NCBI GenBank assembly: GCA_046726415.1 | Contig: JBKPAK010000054.1 | Coordinates: 1-48,136, forward strand | From: Candidatus Methylomirabilota bacterium | GTDB lineage: Bacteria; Methylomirabilota; Methylomirabilia; Rokubacteriales; CSP1-6 | DNA length: 48,136 nt | Reading direction: 5' to 3' | Translations under genes and position numbers: made by a program | The notes under the pieces: model-generated | Told to the model about the DNA's origin: nothing | What the model saw: only the letters and a program-made list of their open reading frames with translations | Databases searched by the model: none | Shown: one piece after another, positions 1-9,426 of the stretch | Numbering within the stretch: the first letter of the stretch is position 1 | Layout: each line of letters starts with the position of its first letter

Positions 1-2
1 CG

Positions 3-497
3 CTCGTGAGACCGTTCGTGGCCGCGAAGTGGATGGCCGACCGCTACACGGCCATGCTCGGCCAGGAGGCCCTCACGGACTTCATTGCCAGCGGTCATTT
101 CGAGCGGTACCTGCGTCGGGCCTGCACGCGAAACGCGGGGCGCCGCCGGGTCCTCATCGACGCGCTCAAGCAGCGTCTCAGAGACCGGGTCGAGATCGCC
201 GGGGAAAACGCAGGGGTGCATCTGCTCGTCTGGCTGAACGACGTCAGGCCACCGGAGCTCGAGTCGCTCATCGCGCGGGCGGCCGGCGTCGGAGTCGGCC
301 TCTATCCGATCAGCGCGTATTACCTCCGCCCTCCGGACCGGGCCGGCCTTCTCTTTGGCTATGCCTCGCGGTCGGAAGCTGAGATCCGGGCGGGAATCGA
401 CCGGTTCGCGACGGTGGTCGCCGACGTCGCGTCGGCCCGCGCGGACCGCCCGCGTCACATCCGCCGAGCGGGTATGCTCGCGGCGATTCGCCCGTGA
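3..497 (+). CDS. MocR/GabR-family (GntR + PLP aminotransferase-like) transcriptional regulator, C-terminal part; 5' end lies outside the window
   Basis: QEALTDFIASGHFERYLRR, NAGVHLLVWL and GLLFGYA motifs typical of the MocR C-terminus; frame is open from the window edge. Confidence 0.8.
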   Translation, partial: LVRPFVAAKWMADRYTAMLGQEALTDFIASGHFERYLRRACTRNAGRRRVLIDALKQRLRDRVEIAGENAGVHLLVWLNDVRPPELESLIARAAGVGVGLYPISAYYLRPPDRAGLLFGYASRSEAEIRAGIDRFATVVADVASARADRPRHIRRAGMLAAIRP

Positions 498-665
498 GGC
501 TGGCGGTATCGGGAGTCCGATCGGGCTCGGATGAAGAGCACCTTCGGTCATCGTGGACGACGGCGTTCGCGTATGTGCTCCGTCGAACATGTTGCTGATG
601 CCCAGATCCGCCGACTGGTGTAGCGTTTCCCCGGCAAGCCGAGCTGATGGGTGAAGGAGGAGGCC

Positions 666-1741
666 ATGGGCAAGGACATCTCCCGTCGAGACATGATGCA
701 GGCCATGGGGTTGGGCGCCGCGGCAATCGCGGCCGCCGAGCTGGGCCGGGCGCGGGCAGCCTGGGCCGAGGATGCGTTCACCATCGCCTCCACCGGAGGC
801 TCGTGGGGTGAGGGCCTCAAGCAAGCGTACGTCGTGAACGCGGGCTTCGAGAAGCGCTTCAACACCCAGGTCAACTATGCCCACATGATCGATTCGGTGA
901 TCGCGACGAAGGCCATCGCGCAGTGCGGGAATCCGCCGTTCACCGTGCCCGCGCTCCTGAACGCGGAAGCGGTGATGTTGGCCGAGGGCAACTGCCTTCA
1001 GGACTACGATCTGGGCGTCATCACCAACTACAAGGATCTGTGCCCGGTACCTTCGAGCCGCCGCGAGCCGGACTCAAGTCCTACTGGGCGGCCCACACGC
1101 AGATCGTCATGGGCCTCGTCTACAACACCAAGCGAGTGACCGCCAAGCCGACCTCGTTCATGGACCTGGCGAGCGCCAAGTACAAGGGTAAGATCGGCAT
1201 CCCGGCCTATGGCTGGGTCGGCATCCAGTGGCTGCACGCGCTGAACCAGTCTCTCGGCGGCACGCCCGACAACATCGACCCGGGGATGAAGGCGATCGCC
1301 GAGCTGGCCAAGAAGAACGACGCGATCATCATGGAGAACACCGACGTGACGCTCAAGGCGTTCACGCGGGAGGAGATCTGGATGATGCCGTTCTGGAACG
1401 GCCGCTGCTTCTCGCTGCAGGCGGAGGGCGTGCCAGTGGACATCGTCTACCCCAAGGGCAGCCTGCAGGTCGGCAACGGGTTTCCCATACTCAAGGGCAC
1501 GAAGTTCGAGCGGCCGGCCCAGCAGTTCGTCAACATCACCCTGGATGCCGAGTACCAGATCGAGATGACCCGGCGCTTCCGGTATCCGCCGTCCAACCGC
1601 AAGGCCAAGCTGCCGCCGGAGATGGCCCACTATGCGGTGAAGGAGGCCGACCTCAAGAACATGATGCCGCTGGACTTTCAGAAGATGAACCAGTACCGCG
1701 CGGCCTATCTGGCCCGCTGGAACAAGGAGGTGCTGGGCTAG
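666..1741 (+). CDS. ABC transporter substrate-binding protein (PotD/PotF-like) with Tat signal; one frameshift at ~1040
   Basis: RBS GAAGGAGGAGG then ATG at 666; SRRDMM twin-arginine leader; ORFs 651-1139 and 923-1741 join if one G is added at ctg|tgccc (giving KDLVPGTFEP); MGLVYNTK and YKGKIGIP motifs. Confidence 0.8.
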
Positions 1742-2881
1742 GTGTCAGCGCGAGCGCGGGCTGAGCGCATTGGTCCCGACTGGTCGACGCGCGGGACCAA
1801 GCTCGAGCTCGAGGTCCGGGGGCTGACCAAGCGATTTTCGCCTCAGGCCACCATCGGCCCCCTGTCGTTCGAGGTGAGGGAGGGCGAGTTCTTCTCGCTG
1901 CTCGGCCCGAGTGGCTGCGGCAAGACCACGACGCTCCGCTGCATCGCTGGGTTCGAGACGCTCTCCGAGGGGTCGATTTTCCTCGATGGCCAGCGGCTCG
2001 ACCACCGGCCCCCGCACCGCCGTGATGTCGGACTCGTGTTTCAGAACTATGCGCTGTTCCCCCACCTGACGGTGTTCGACAACATCGCGTTCGGCTTGCG
2101 GCTGCGCAAGGTCGAGAAGGCGGACATCGAGCGCCGGGTCGGCCACATTCTGGAGCTCGTCGAACTGCCGAACCTGGGCGAACGCTACCCGGCCCAGCTC
2201 TCGGGCGGGCAGCAGCAACGCGTGGCCATCGCCCGTTCGCTGGTGCTTGAGCCTCGCCTCCTCCTGTTCGACGAGCCGCTCTCCAACCTGGACTTCAGGC
2301 TGCGCATTCAGATGCGGTACGAACTGCGCGATCTCCAGAAGCGACTCGGCAAGACGGCGGTCTACGTCACCCACGATCAAACGGAGGCGCTCGCCCTGTC
2401 CGACCGCATCGCCGTCCTGTCACAGGGCCGGATCGAGCAGATCGGCACGCCGAGCGAGATCTACGAGCGGCCGGAGAGCGCCTTCGTCGCCGATTTCATC
2501 GGAAGCTCGAACCTCGTGAAGGCGCGCGTGCGCGGCCCGGGCGGTGACGTCGACACCGCGGTGGAGACCGAGCACGGTCTCGCCCTCACCATCCCGCGCG
2601 TGGCTGACGCCGTGGGAACGCCGGTCACCTTGCTGTTGCGCCCGGAACGGTTCCAGATGACGTCCGGCCGCGATGGCGACACGACCGTGGCCAATCGCTT
2701 CACGGCCCGCGTGCGCGACGTCACCTATCTGGGAGAGGACCTGCACCTGCGCGTGCTCGCCTCGGAGAGCCAGCCGTTGCTGGTGTCGATCAAGAACAGC
2801 AAGGGGTCGCGCGCGATCATCTCGGGCGCGGTCATCCAGCTGGCCATCGATCCCGAGGACATCCACGTGCTGCGGCGCTAG
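1742..2881 (+). CDS. ABC transporter ATP-binding protein (PotA-like, TOBE C-terminus)
   Basis: Walker A GPSGCGKT, signature LSGGQQQR, Walker B LLLFDEP, YVTHDQ; start codon uncertain. Confidence 0.92.
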   Translation: MSARARAERIGPDWSTRGTKLELEVRGLTKRFSPQATIGPLSFEVREGEFFSLLGPSGCGKTTTLRCIAGFETLSEGSIFLDGQRLDHRPPHRRDVGLVFQNYALFPHLTVFDNIAFGLRLRKVEKADIERRVGHILELVELPNLGERYPAQLSGGQQQRVAIARSLVLEPRLLLFDEPLSNLDFRLRIQMRYELRDLQKRLGKTAVYVTHDQTEALALSDRIAVLSQGRIEQIGTPSEIYERPESAFVADFIGSSNLVKARVRGPGGDVDTAVETEHGLALTIPRVADAVGTPVTLLLRPERFQMTSGRDGDTTVANRFTARVRDVTYLGEDLHLRVLASESQPLLVSIKNSKGSRAIISGAVIQLAIDPEDIHVLRR

Positions 2882-2888
2882 CGCGGGG

Positions 2889-3749
2889 ATGACACCACGG
2901 CGGGCGGCGTCATCCTGGGCCCTGTTCGTCGGGCCGTACGGGGTCTATCTCCTGGTCTTCTTGGTCCTGCCCTTCGTCAACGTGGCCCTCCTGAGCGTGT
3001 ATCTGCACTCACCGACCAAAATCGCCGTGCCCGAATTCACCGCCGCCAACTATGCCAAGCTCTGGGAGCCGTACTACGCCACCCTGTTCCTGCGCACCCT
3101 GCGGCTGTCGCTCATCGTCACTGGCCTCTGCGCGGTACTCGGCTACCCGCTGGCGTATTTCCTCGCCCGCTCGACGTCGCGGCTCATGACCCTGGGTCTC
3201 TTCCTGCTCATCATGCCCCTCATGGTGAGCACGGTGATCCGCGTGTTCGGCTGGGTGGTCATCCTGGGCCGCGAAGGGCTGGTCAACCACGGACTCCGAC
3301 TGCTCGGCGCCCCGGAGCCCGTACGGCTGCTCTATACCGAAGGGGCGGTCATCATCGGACTCGCTCAGCAGAGCATGCCCTTCATGGTCCTACCGATCAT
3401 GGCGGCCATCGAGCGCATCTCGCCGAGCCTCGAGGAAGCGGCGCAGAACCTCGGAGCGAGCTGGGGCCAGATGTTCGTGCGCACCATCTTGCCCTTGAGC
3501 ATGCCCGGTCTCATCTCCGGCTCGCTGCTCGTCTTCAGCGTGTCGATGAGCGCGTTCATCACGCCGGCCCTGATGGGCGGCCGCCGCGTCCGCATGGTGG
3601 GGCAACAGATCTATGAAGAGGTGCTCACGGCCTACGACTGGCCGGGTGCGGCGAGCTTGACCATCGTCCTCTCGGTGCTGATGCTGGCCCTGGTCTGCCT
3701 GGCCCTGTGGGCCACCGGGCGCAAGGCCCGGCTGGAGATCGCGCGATGA
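2889..3749 (+). CDS. ABC transporter permease (PotB-like)
   Basis: LGYPLAYFLAR, EAA motif EEAAQNLGAS, LPLSMPGL; several hydrophobic helices. Confidence 0.9.
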   Translation: MTPRRAASSWALFVGPYGVYLLVFLVLPFVNVALLSVYLHSPTKIAVPEFTAANYAKLWEPYYATLFLRTLRLSLIVTGLCAVLGYPLAYFLARSTSRLMTLGLFLLIMPLMVSTVIRVFGWVVILGREGLVNHGLRLLGAPEPVRLLYTEGAVIIGLAQQSMPFMVLPIMAAIERISPSLEEAAQNLGASWGQMFVRTILPLSMPGLISGSLLVFSVSMSAFITPALMGGRRVRMVGQQIYEEVLTAYDWPGAASLTIVLSVLMLALVCLALWATGRKARLEIAR

Positions 3750-4534
3750 CCGGTCGCCCGCCGCGGTATCTCTGGCCGTTTGTGGTCGCCGTCTACGCGC
3801 TCCTGCTGGCGCCTCTGGTGGTGGTCGCCGTGGTGTCGTTCGGCTCTACCTCGACCTTCGACTTTCCGCCCAAGGGCCTGTCCCTGCGCTGGTACCGGGC
3901 GTTCTTCGCCAGCGAGATGTTCGTGCGCTCGTTCTTCCGGGTGAGCCAGGTGGTAGGACTCCTGACCGCGCTCGTCGCCACGGTCGTCGGCACGCTGTCG
4001 GCGATCGGCCTCGTGCGGATCCAGTTCCGCGGTCGCCAAGCCGTGGAGACGTTCTTCCTTTCGCCGCTGCTGGTGCCGCACATCCTGCTCGGCGCCGCCG
4101 TGTACCTGTACCTGGCGCGGCTCGCCTGGCCGACCTCGTCGATGACGTTGCTGGTCGGTCACATCGTCATCGCCACGCCCTACGTCATCCGCTGCGTGAC
4201 GGCCGGCCTGGCCGGGATGGACCGGAGCCTGGAAGAGGCGGCCATGAGCCTCGGCGCCAGCCGGGCGCAGGCGTTCTTCAAGGTGACCGTACCGCTGCTG
4301 CGCTCCAGCATGGTGACCGGCGCGGTGTTCGCCTTCATCATCTCGTTCAGCGACATCAACCTCGCGCTGTTCCTGGCCGGGGCCAACTCGCCCAGCCTCC
4401 CCGTGCATATCTTTTCGCAGATTCAGTTCGAGGCCGACCCTTCGATCGCTGCCGCATCGGCCGTGCAGATCGTCATCGTCGGCGGGCTCATCCTGCTGGT
4501 GCAGCGGGTATTCCGCCTTCGGCTGATGGTTTGA
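3746..4534 (+). CDS. ABC transporter permease (PotC-like)
   Basis: ATGA overlap with upstream stop; FPPKGLSLRWY and EEAAMSLGAS motifs. Confidence 0.9.
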   Translation: MTGRPPRYLWPFVVAVYALLLAPLVVVAVVSFGSTSTFDFPPKGLSLRWYRAFFASEMFVRSFFRVSQVVGLLTALVATVVGTLSAIGLVRIQFRGRQAVETFFLSPLLVPHILLGAAVYLYLARLAWPTSSMTLLVGHIVIATPYVIRCVTAGLAGMDRSLEEAAMSLGASRAQAFFKVTVPLLRSSMVTGAVFAFIISFSDINLALFLAGANSPSLPVHIFSQIQFEADPSIAAASAVQIVIVGGLILLVQRVFRLRLMV

Positions 4535-4563
4535 CCACGCGCCCCCACCGCCCCGCCCCAATC

Positions 4564-5205
4564 CTAGGGAATGCCATGCTCAGCGCGGTATTCGTCCCAG
4601 TGCTCCTTCAGCCACACAAAGTCCTTGAAATTCGTGCGCTGGAGGAACGGGTTGTGGGCGCGCTCGTGACCAATCGTGGAGAAGCGGGTGGGACCGTAGT
4701 CATGCCCGGGATAGACTTCGACGCCATCCTCGAGTTTGAGGATCACCTGGAACAAGCTGTGAAACTGCTTTTCGGTGTTGCTGCCCGGGAAGCCGGAGCC
4801 GCCGATACAGCCGACAAACAGGGTATCGCCGGTGATCAGTTTTTGGCGGTTGACCAGCAAGCACACCGAATCCAGGTAATGGCCAGGGGTGAAGAGGACT
4901 TCAATGCGCTGCTGGCCAACCTCAATCACGCTGCCGTGGTCGAGAGGGATGTCTGGGTTGACTCGCGCCCCTCGATACGCGGCAAGTTTTGCGTCGCCCT
5001 TGTGGAAGACGCGGTTGCCCGCCACGTGGTCATGATGAGTATGGGTATTGAGAATGTACGCGACGTGCAGGCCTAAGGCCTGCACGCGGGCCTCCACCTT
5101 GCTCGTGTCATAGCCCGGATCGACGACGGCGCACCCGCGGCTGCCTTCGTCGGCAATCAGGTAGCTGAAATTGCGGTCTCCACCGGCGTCGATCTGTTCA
5201 AACAT
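4564..5205 (-). CDS. MBL-fold metallo-hydrolase (glyoxalase II-like)
   Basis: THTHHDH metal motif, TPGH, TGDTLF, YPGHDY, TIGHERAHNPF. Confidence 0.88.
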   Translation of the reverse strand: MFEQIDAGGDRNFSYLIADEGSRGCAVVDPGYDTSKVEARVQALGLHVAYILNTHTHHDHVAGNRVFHKGDAKLAAYRGARVNPDIPLDHGSVIEVGQQRIEVLFTPGHYLDSVCLLVNRQKLITGDTLFVGCIGGSGFPGSNTEKQFHSLFQVILKLEDGVEVYPGHDYGPTRFSTIGHERAHNPFLQRTNFKDFVWLKEHWDEYRAEHGIP

Positions 5206-5420
5206 CGCGAGTCCTCGCTTTCTTCGTCGCCCTCCGCCGCGCCGCTTCCGCGTATGCCGCCACGCCCCACCGACTCCCGTGGCCACCGCGGCGACGCGGC
5301 CGCAGCTCCAGTATGGCATCCTATGCGGGCTGGCCGGCGTCCCGGCTCGCGGCAGCGCCAAACGGTCCCTCGCCGGCGCTCAACTGTGTACGGTGCGCGA
5401 GCGCGATGAAAGGAGAGGCC

Positions 5421-5612
5421 ATGATCCCACTCACCGTCGAGGACGTACGTGTGCTTGCGCGGGTCGCCGGACTCACCATCGAGGAGGACGAGATCGGCTC
5501 GCTGACCGAACGCTTCAACGCGGCGCGCGCCCAGCTGGCCGCGGTCCCCGACGAATTGCTGGCCGCGAGCGAACCCGCGTTCGTGTTGCCTCTGCCCGGT
5601 GGGACGTCATGA
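5421..5612 (+). CDS. Small GatC/AtzG-like amidase partner protein (63 aa)
   Basis: RBS AAAGGAGAGG; LTVEDVRVLARVAGLTIEEDEI resembles the GatC N-terminal helix; stop overlaps the amidase ATG (ATGA). Confidence 0.7.
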   Translation: MIPLTVEDVRVLARVAGLTIEEDEIGSLTERFNAARAQLAAVPDELLAASEPAFVLPLPGGTS

Positions 5613-7021
5613 GCCCGGCCGGCCTTCTCGATCTCTCGATCGCCGAGCTGGCGCCGCTGCTGCGCGACCGAAAGGCGTCTCCGGTCGACGTCGCGCAGGC
5701 CGCTCTCGACCGCATCGCCAAGGTCGACGGACGCCTCAACTCCTTCATCACCGTCACCGGCGATCGGGCCATGGCCGCGGCGCGCCGTGCCGAGGCCGAG
5801 ATCGCGGCCGGACGCTGGCGTGGCCCGCTCCACGGTGTGCCGATCGGATTGAAGGATCTGTTCGACACCGCGGGCGTGGTGACGACGAACGGCTCGCGCA
5901 TCTTCAAGGACGCCGTACCCGCGGCCGATGCCGTCGTCACCGCGAAGCTGACAGAGGCCGGGGCGGTGGTCGTCGGCAAGAACAACATGCACGAGTTTGC
6001 GTTCGGCTCGACGACAAACAACCCGCACTTCGGGACCTGCCGCAACGCCTGGAACCAGGAGCACATTCCCGGCGGCTCGAGCGGCGGCTCAGGAGCCGCG
6101 GTGGCCGCGGGTCTCTGCTTCATGTCGATGGGCTCGGACACCGGCGGCTCCATCCGCTCGCCCGCGTGCCTGAACGGCATCGTCGGCCACAAGCCGACGT
6201 ACGGTCTGGTGAGCCGTCGCGGCGTGTTTCCCCTCTCGTGGTCGCTCGATCACGCCGGCCCGCTGGCCCGCACCGTGCGCGATGCAGCGCTGACGCTTCA
6301 GGTGATCGCCGGCCATGATCCCGGCGACGCGTCGTCGGCGTCGTCGCCGGTCCCCGACTACGGCGCCGCCCTCGATGGCCGGGTGCGCGGGCTGCGCGTG
6401 GGCGTCCCCCGGGAGTACTTCTTCGAGCGCTCCTCCGAGGAGGTCGAGGGGCATGTGCGGACCGCGATCCGAACGCTCGAAGGCCTGGGGGCCACGATCG
6501 TGGAGGTGTCACTGCCTCACGTCGAGCTGGCGCCGACGGCGGGGATGACGATCATCTCCGTCGAGGCCGCCGCCGTCCACGCGGCGTGGCTTCGCACGCG
6601 GTCCGCCGACTACGGTCCCGACGTCCGTCCTCGCCTGCAGACCGGCGCCCTCTTTTCCGGCGAGGACTACGCGCGCGCGCAGCGCATCCGCGCGCTGATG
6701 CAGAAGGAGTTCCGCGACGCCATGACGCGCGCCGACGTGCTGGTGATGCCGAACAACGCGGTCCCCGCGCCGCGCATCGATCAGGCGATGATCCCGGTGC
6801 GGGGCCGAGAGGTCTGGGTGATGGCGCTCATGCCAAGCCTCACCATCCCGCACAACCTGACGGGCGCGCCGGCGCTGACGGTGCCGTGCGGGTTCGCGGC
6901 GTCGGGGCTGCCAGTCGGGCTGCAGATCGTCGGCCGCCCATTCGACGACGCCACCGTGCTGCGCGTGGGCCATGCCTACGAGCAGGCCACCGACTGGCAC
7001 CGGCGCCGGCCGGCCATCTGA
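5609..7021 (+). CDS. Amidase signature family enzyme (GatA/AtzE-like)
   Basis: GLKDLF (Lys), PGGSSGGSGAAVAAG, GSDTGGSIRSPA (Ser-cisSer-Lys triad), GLPVGLQIVG. Confidence 0.93.
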   Translation: MSPAGLLDLSIAELAPLLRDRKASPVDVAQAALDRIAKVDGRLNSFITVTGDRAMAAARRAEAEIAAGRWRGPLHGVPIGLKDLFDTAGVVTTNGSRIFKDAVPAADAVVTAKLTEAGAVVVGKNNMHEFAFGSTTNNPHFGTCRNAWNQEHIPGGSSGGSGAAVAAGLCFMSMGSDTGGSIRSPACLNGIVGHKPTYGLVSRRGVFPLSWSLDHAGPLARTVRDAALTLQVIAGHDPGDASSASSPVPDYGAALDGRVRGLRVGVPREYFFERSSEEVEGHVRTAIRTLEGLGATIVEVSLPHVELAPTAGMTIISVEAAAVHAAWLRTRSADYGPDVRPRLQTGALFSGEDYARAQRIRALMQKEFRDAMTRADVLVMPNNAVPAPRIDQAMIPVRGREVWVMALMPSLTIPHNLTGAPALTVPCGFAASGLPVGLQIVGRPFDDATVLRVGHAYEQATDWHRRRPAI

Positions 7022-7037
7022 CGCGGAGGCAGCGCTC

Positions 7038-7187
7038 ATGGATATCAGCGGCGTGGCACCCCACCGCGGGTCTCTCGACCGAGGGCTGGCGCATCAGAAG
7101 CCGCCGCCCGGCGTCATCTTCATGCGCGCCGTGGAGATCCTCGACGGGTCCCGGACGGTCGCGACGCCGACGAACGCCTCGATCTGA
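7038..7187 (+). other. Short 49-aa ORF or gene remnant between the amidase and the CoA transferase
   Basis: GGAGG RBS before ATG 7038; fills the gap and stops 5 nt before the next ATG; no family recognised. Confidence 0.35.
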
Positions 7188-7192
7188 CGCCG

Positions 7193-8410
7193 ATGCCCAT
7201 CCCCAAACAGCCGTTCGAGCCGGATCGCGAGGGACCGCTGCGCGGGGTCCGCGTGCTCGATTTCTCTCGGCTGGTGGCCGGCAACATGCTGAGTCTCCAG
7301 CTCGCCGACTTCGGCGCCGAAGTGGTGAAGGTCGAATCCCCCGGCCGGGGCGATACCCTGCGCGACTGGCGCGAGGCCGGCGTGAGCGTCCACTGGAAGG
7401 TGTACGCCCGGAACAAGAAGAGCATCACCCTCGATCTGAAGACGCCGGAGGCGCCCGGCATCATTCGCGACCTCGCCGCGCACTTCGACGTCATGATCGA
7501 GAGCTTCCGGTTCCGCTATCTGGAGCGCCTGGGCGTGGGCCCCGACGCGCTGCTCGCGCGCAATCCGAGGCTCGTCCTCGTTCGGGTGTCGGGATTCGGC
7601 CAGACCGGACCGTACGCGAAGCGCCCGGGCTTCGGCACCCTCGTCGAAGCCATGTCCGGCTTCGCCTCGCGCAACGGATTCGCCGACCGCGAGCCCGTGC
7701 TCCCGCCGCTCGCCATGGCCGACATGATCGCGGGGCTGTCCGGCGCCATGGCCACGGTGATCGCCGTGCGCAACGTCGAGGTCAACGGCGGTCACGGCCA
7801 GGTCATCGACGTCAGCTTGCTCGAGTCAATCTTCTCGATCCTCGGCCCCGAGTCCGCCATCTACAAACTCACGGGCAAGATTCGCAAGCGCGTGGGCAGC
7901 GCGTCGGAGGGCACCTCGCCTCGCAACGTGTACGCCACGAGCGACGGCCGCTGGGTGGCCATCTCCGCGTCGACGCAGACCATGACGGAGCGGCTCTTCC
8001 GCGCCATCGGCCGGGACGATCTCAACCAGAATCCCGCCTTCAAGACCAATGCCGAACGCGTGAAGCGCCGGGCGGAGGTCGATGCCATCGTCGGCGGGTT
8101 CATCGCGCAACGCACGCTGGCCGAGGCCATTCGGTTCTTCGAGGAAGCCGAGGTGACGGCGGCGCCCGTCTATGACATCGGGCAGTTTCTCGACGACCCG
8201 CACGTCCAGGAGCGCGGGATTGTGGTCGAGGCGCCAGATGATGACATGGGCGAGGTGCCGATGCACGCCGTCGTACCGCGTCTCAGCGACACCCCCGGCC
8301 GGCTGCGCAGCCCGGCCCCGGCGATTGGCCAGCACAACCGCGAGATCTTCTCCCGGATCGGCTACTCCGAGGAGCGCATCGCCGCGCTCGCGCAGAAAGG
8401 GGTCATCTGA
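7193..8410 (+). CDS. CoA-transferase family III (CaiB/BaiF)
   Basis: GPLRGVRVLDFSRLVAG, LADFGAEVVKVE, RNKKSITLDLK, SGFGQTGPY, AMADMIAG (catalytic Asp). Confidence 0.93.
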   Translation: MPIPKQPFEPDREGPLRGVRVLDFSRLVAGNMLSLQLADFGAEVVKVESPGRGDTLRDWREAGVSVHWKVYARNKKSITLDLKTPEAPGIIRDLAAHFDVMIESFRFRYLERLGVGPDALLARNPRLVLVRVSGFGQTGPYAKRPGFGTLVEAMSGFASRNGFADREPVLPPLAMADMIAGLSGAMATVIAVRNVEVNGGHGQVIDVSLLESIFSILGPESAIYKLTGKIRKRVGSASEGTSPRNVYATSDGRWVAISASTQTMTERLFRAIGRDDLNQNPAFKTNAERVKRRAEVDAIVGGFIAQRTLAEAIRFFEEAEVTAAPVYDIGQFLDDPHVQERGIVVEAPDDDMGEVPMHAVVPRLSDTPGRLRSPAPAIGQHNREIFSRIGYSEERIAALAQKGVI

Positions 8411-8412
8411 CG

Positions 8413-9333
8413 ATGGCCGTCCCGCACGCTCGTCGCTCGTCACTGATTCTTCCCGTCAACGTGAGGCACTTCGTGGAGAAGGCGTATACCCGCGGCGCGG
8501 ATGCCATCGTCCTCGACCTCGAGGACTCGGTGCCCACCCAGGAGAAGGCGAGCGCCCGAACGCTCGTTCGCGAGTCGCTCGCCCTCGCCGGCCGGGGCGG
8601 CGCCGAAGTGCTGGTCCGCGTGAACAACGACTCGAGCCTGCTCGCCGACGACATCGACGCCGCGGTCCACGCCGGCCTCGATGGCCTGGCGATCCCCAAA
8701 GCGGAATCGGCCGCCCAGATCCGCGACATTGTCGCCCGGATCGATCGCCTTGAACGCGCGCGGGGCCTCACGCCCGGACACCTGCGCCTCTCCCTCGCCA
8801 TCGAGACGCCCCGGGGGCTCCTCGCGGTCGAAGAGATCGCCCGATCCAGCGATCGCATCGCCACCATGAGCATCGGCGTCGAGGATTACTGCCTGGAACT
8901 GGGCGTGGAACCCTCGGCCGACGGCATCGAGCTCCTCTACCCGGTCGCCCATCTGGTGACCATCTGCAAAGCCGTCGGCGTGCAGCCCACGGGTCTGGTC
9001 GGCAGCATCGCGGGATTCCGCGACCTCGTCACCTTCGAGCACGCCGCCCTGCGCGCTCGTCAGCTGGGTTGCGAAGGCGCGGGATGTATTCATCCCGACC
9101 AGGTGATCGTGCTGAACCAAGTGTTCACCCCTGATCCCGCGAGGGTGGCGGACGCGCGGAGGGTCGTCGAGGCGTTTGAGGAGGGAGTGCGCCACGGCAC
9201 GGCGTCCGTCAGCCTCGACGGCAAGATGGTCGACGTCCCCGTGTACAAGCGTGCGCAGGTCGTCCTGGCGCGGGCTCGCGCCGTGGCCGACACCGAGCGC
9301 CGCAAGGCCGAGGCCCTCAGGCGGAGCGCGTGA
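8413..9333 (+). CDS. CitE-like CoA ester lyase (HpcH/HpaI aldolase/citrate lyase family)
   Basis: GADAIVLDLEDSV, VRVN, IPKAES, IETPRG, GVEDY, CIHPDQ, DGKMVD. Confidence 0.9.
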   Translation: MAVPHARRSSLILPVNVRHFVEKAYTRGADAIVLDLEDSVPTQEKASARTLVRESLALAGRGGAEVLVRVNNDSSLLADDIDAAVHAGLDGLAIPKAESAAQIRDIVARIDRLERARGLTPGHLRLSLAIETPRGLLAVEEIARSSDRIATMSIGVEDYCLELGVEPSADGIELLYPVAHLVTICKAVGVQPTGLVGSIAGFRDLVTFEHAALRARQLGCEGAGCIHPDQVIVLNQVFTPDPARVADARRVVEAFEEGVRHGTASVSLDGKMVDVPVYKRAQVVLARARAVADTERRKAEALRRSA

Positions 9334-9426
9334 CGTCGACGACCGCGCGGCGGGCCCGTACGGCATGCTCTGCTGAATTTCCCGACGCAGTCCCCGGCCC
9401 CGGTGCCCCCTCACCGCGCATCGCGG

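Noticed and set aside
5421-7021. gatC-gatA of the tRNA amidotransferase
   Set aside because: No gatB follows and the context is catabolic; treated as an AtzG/AtzE-like pair
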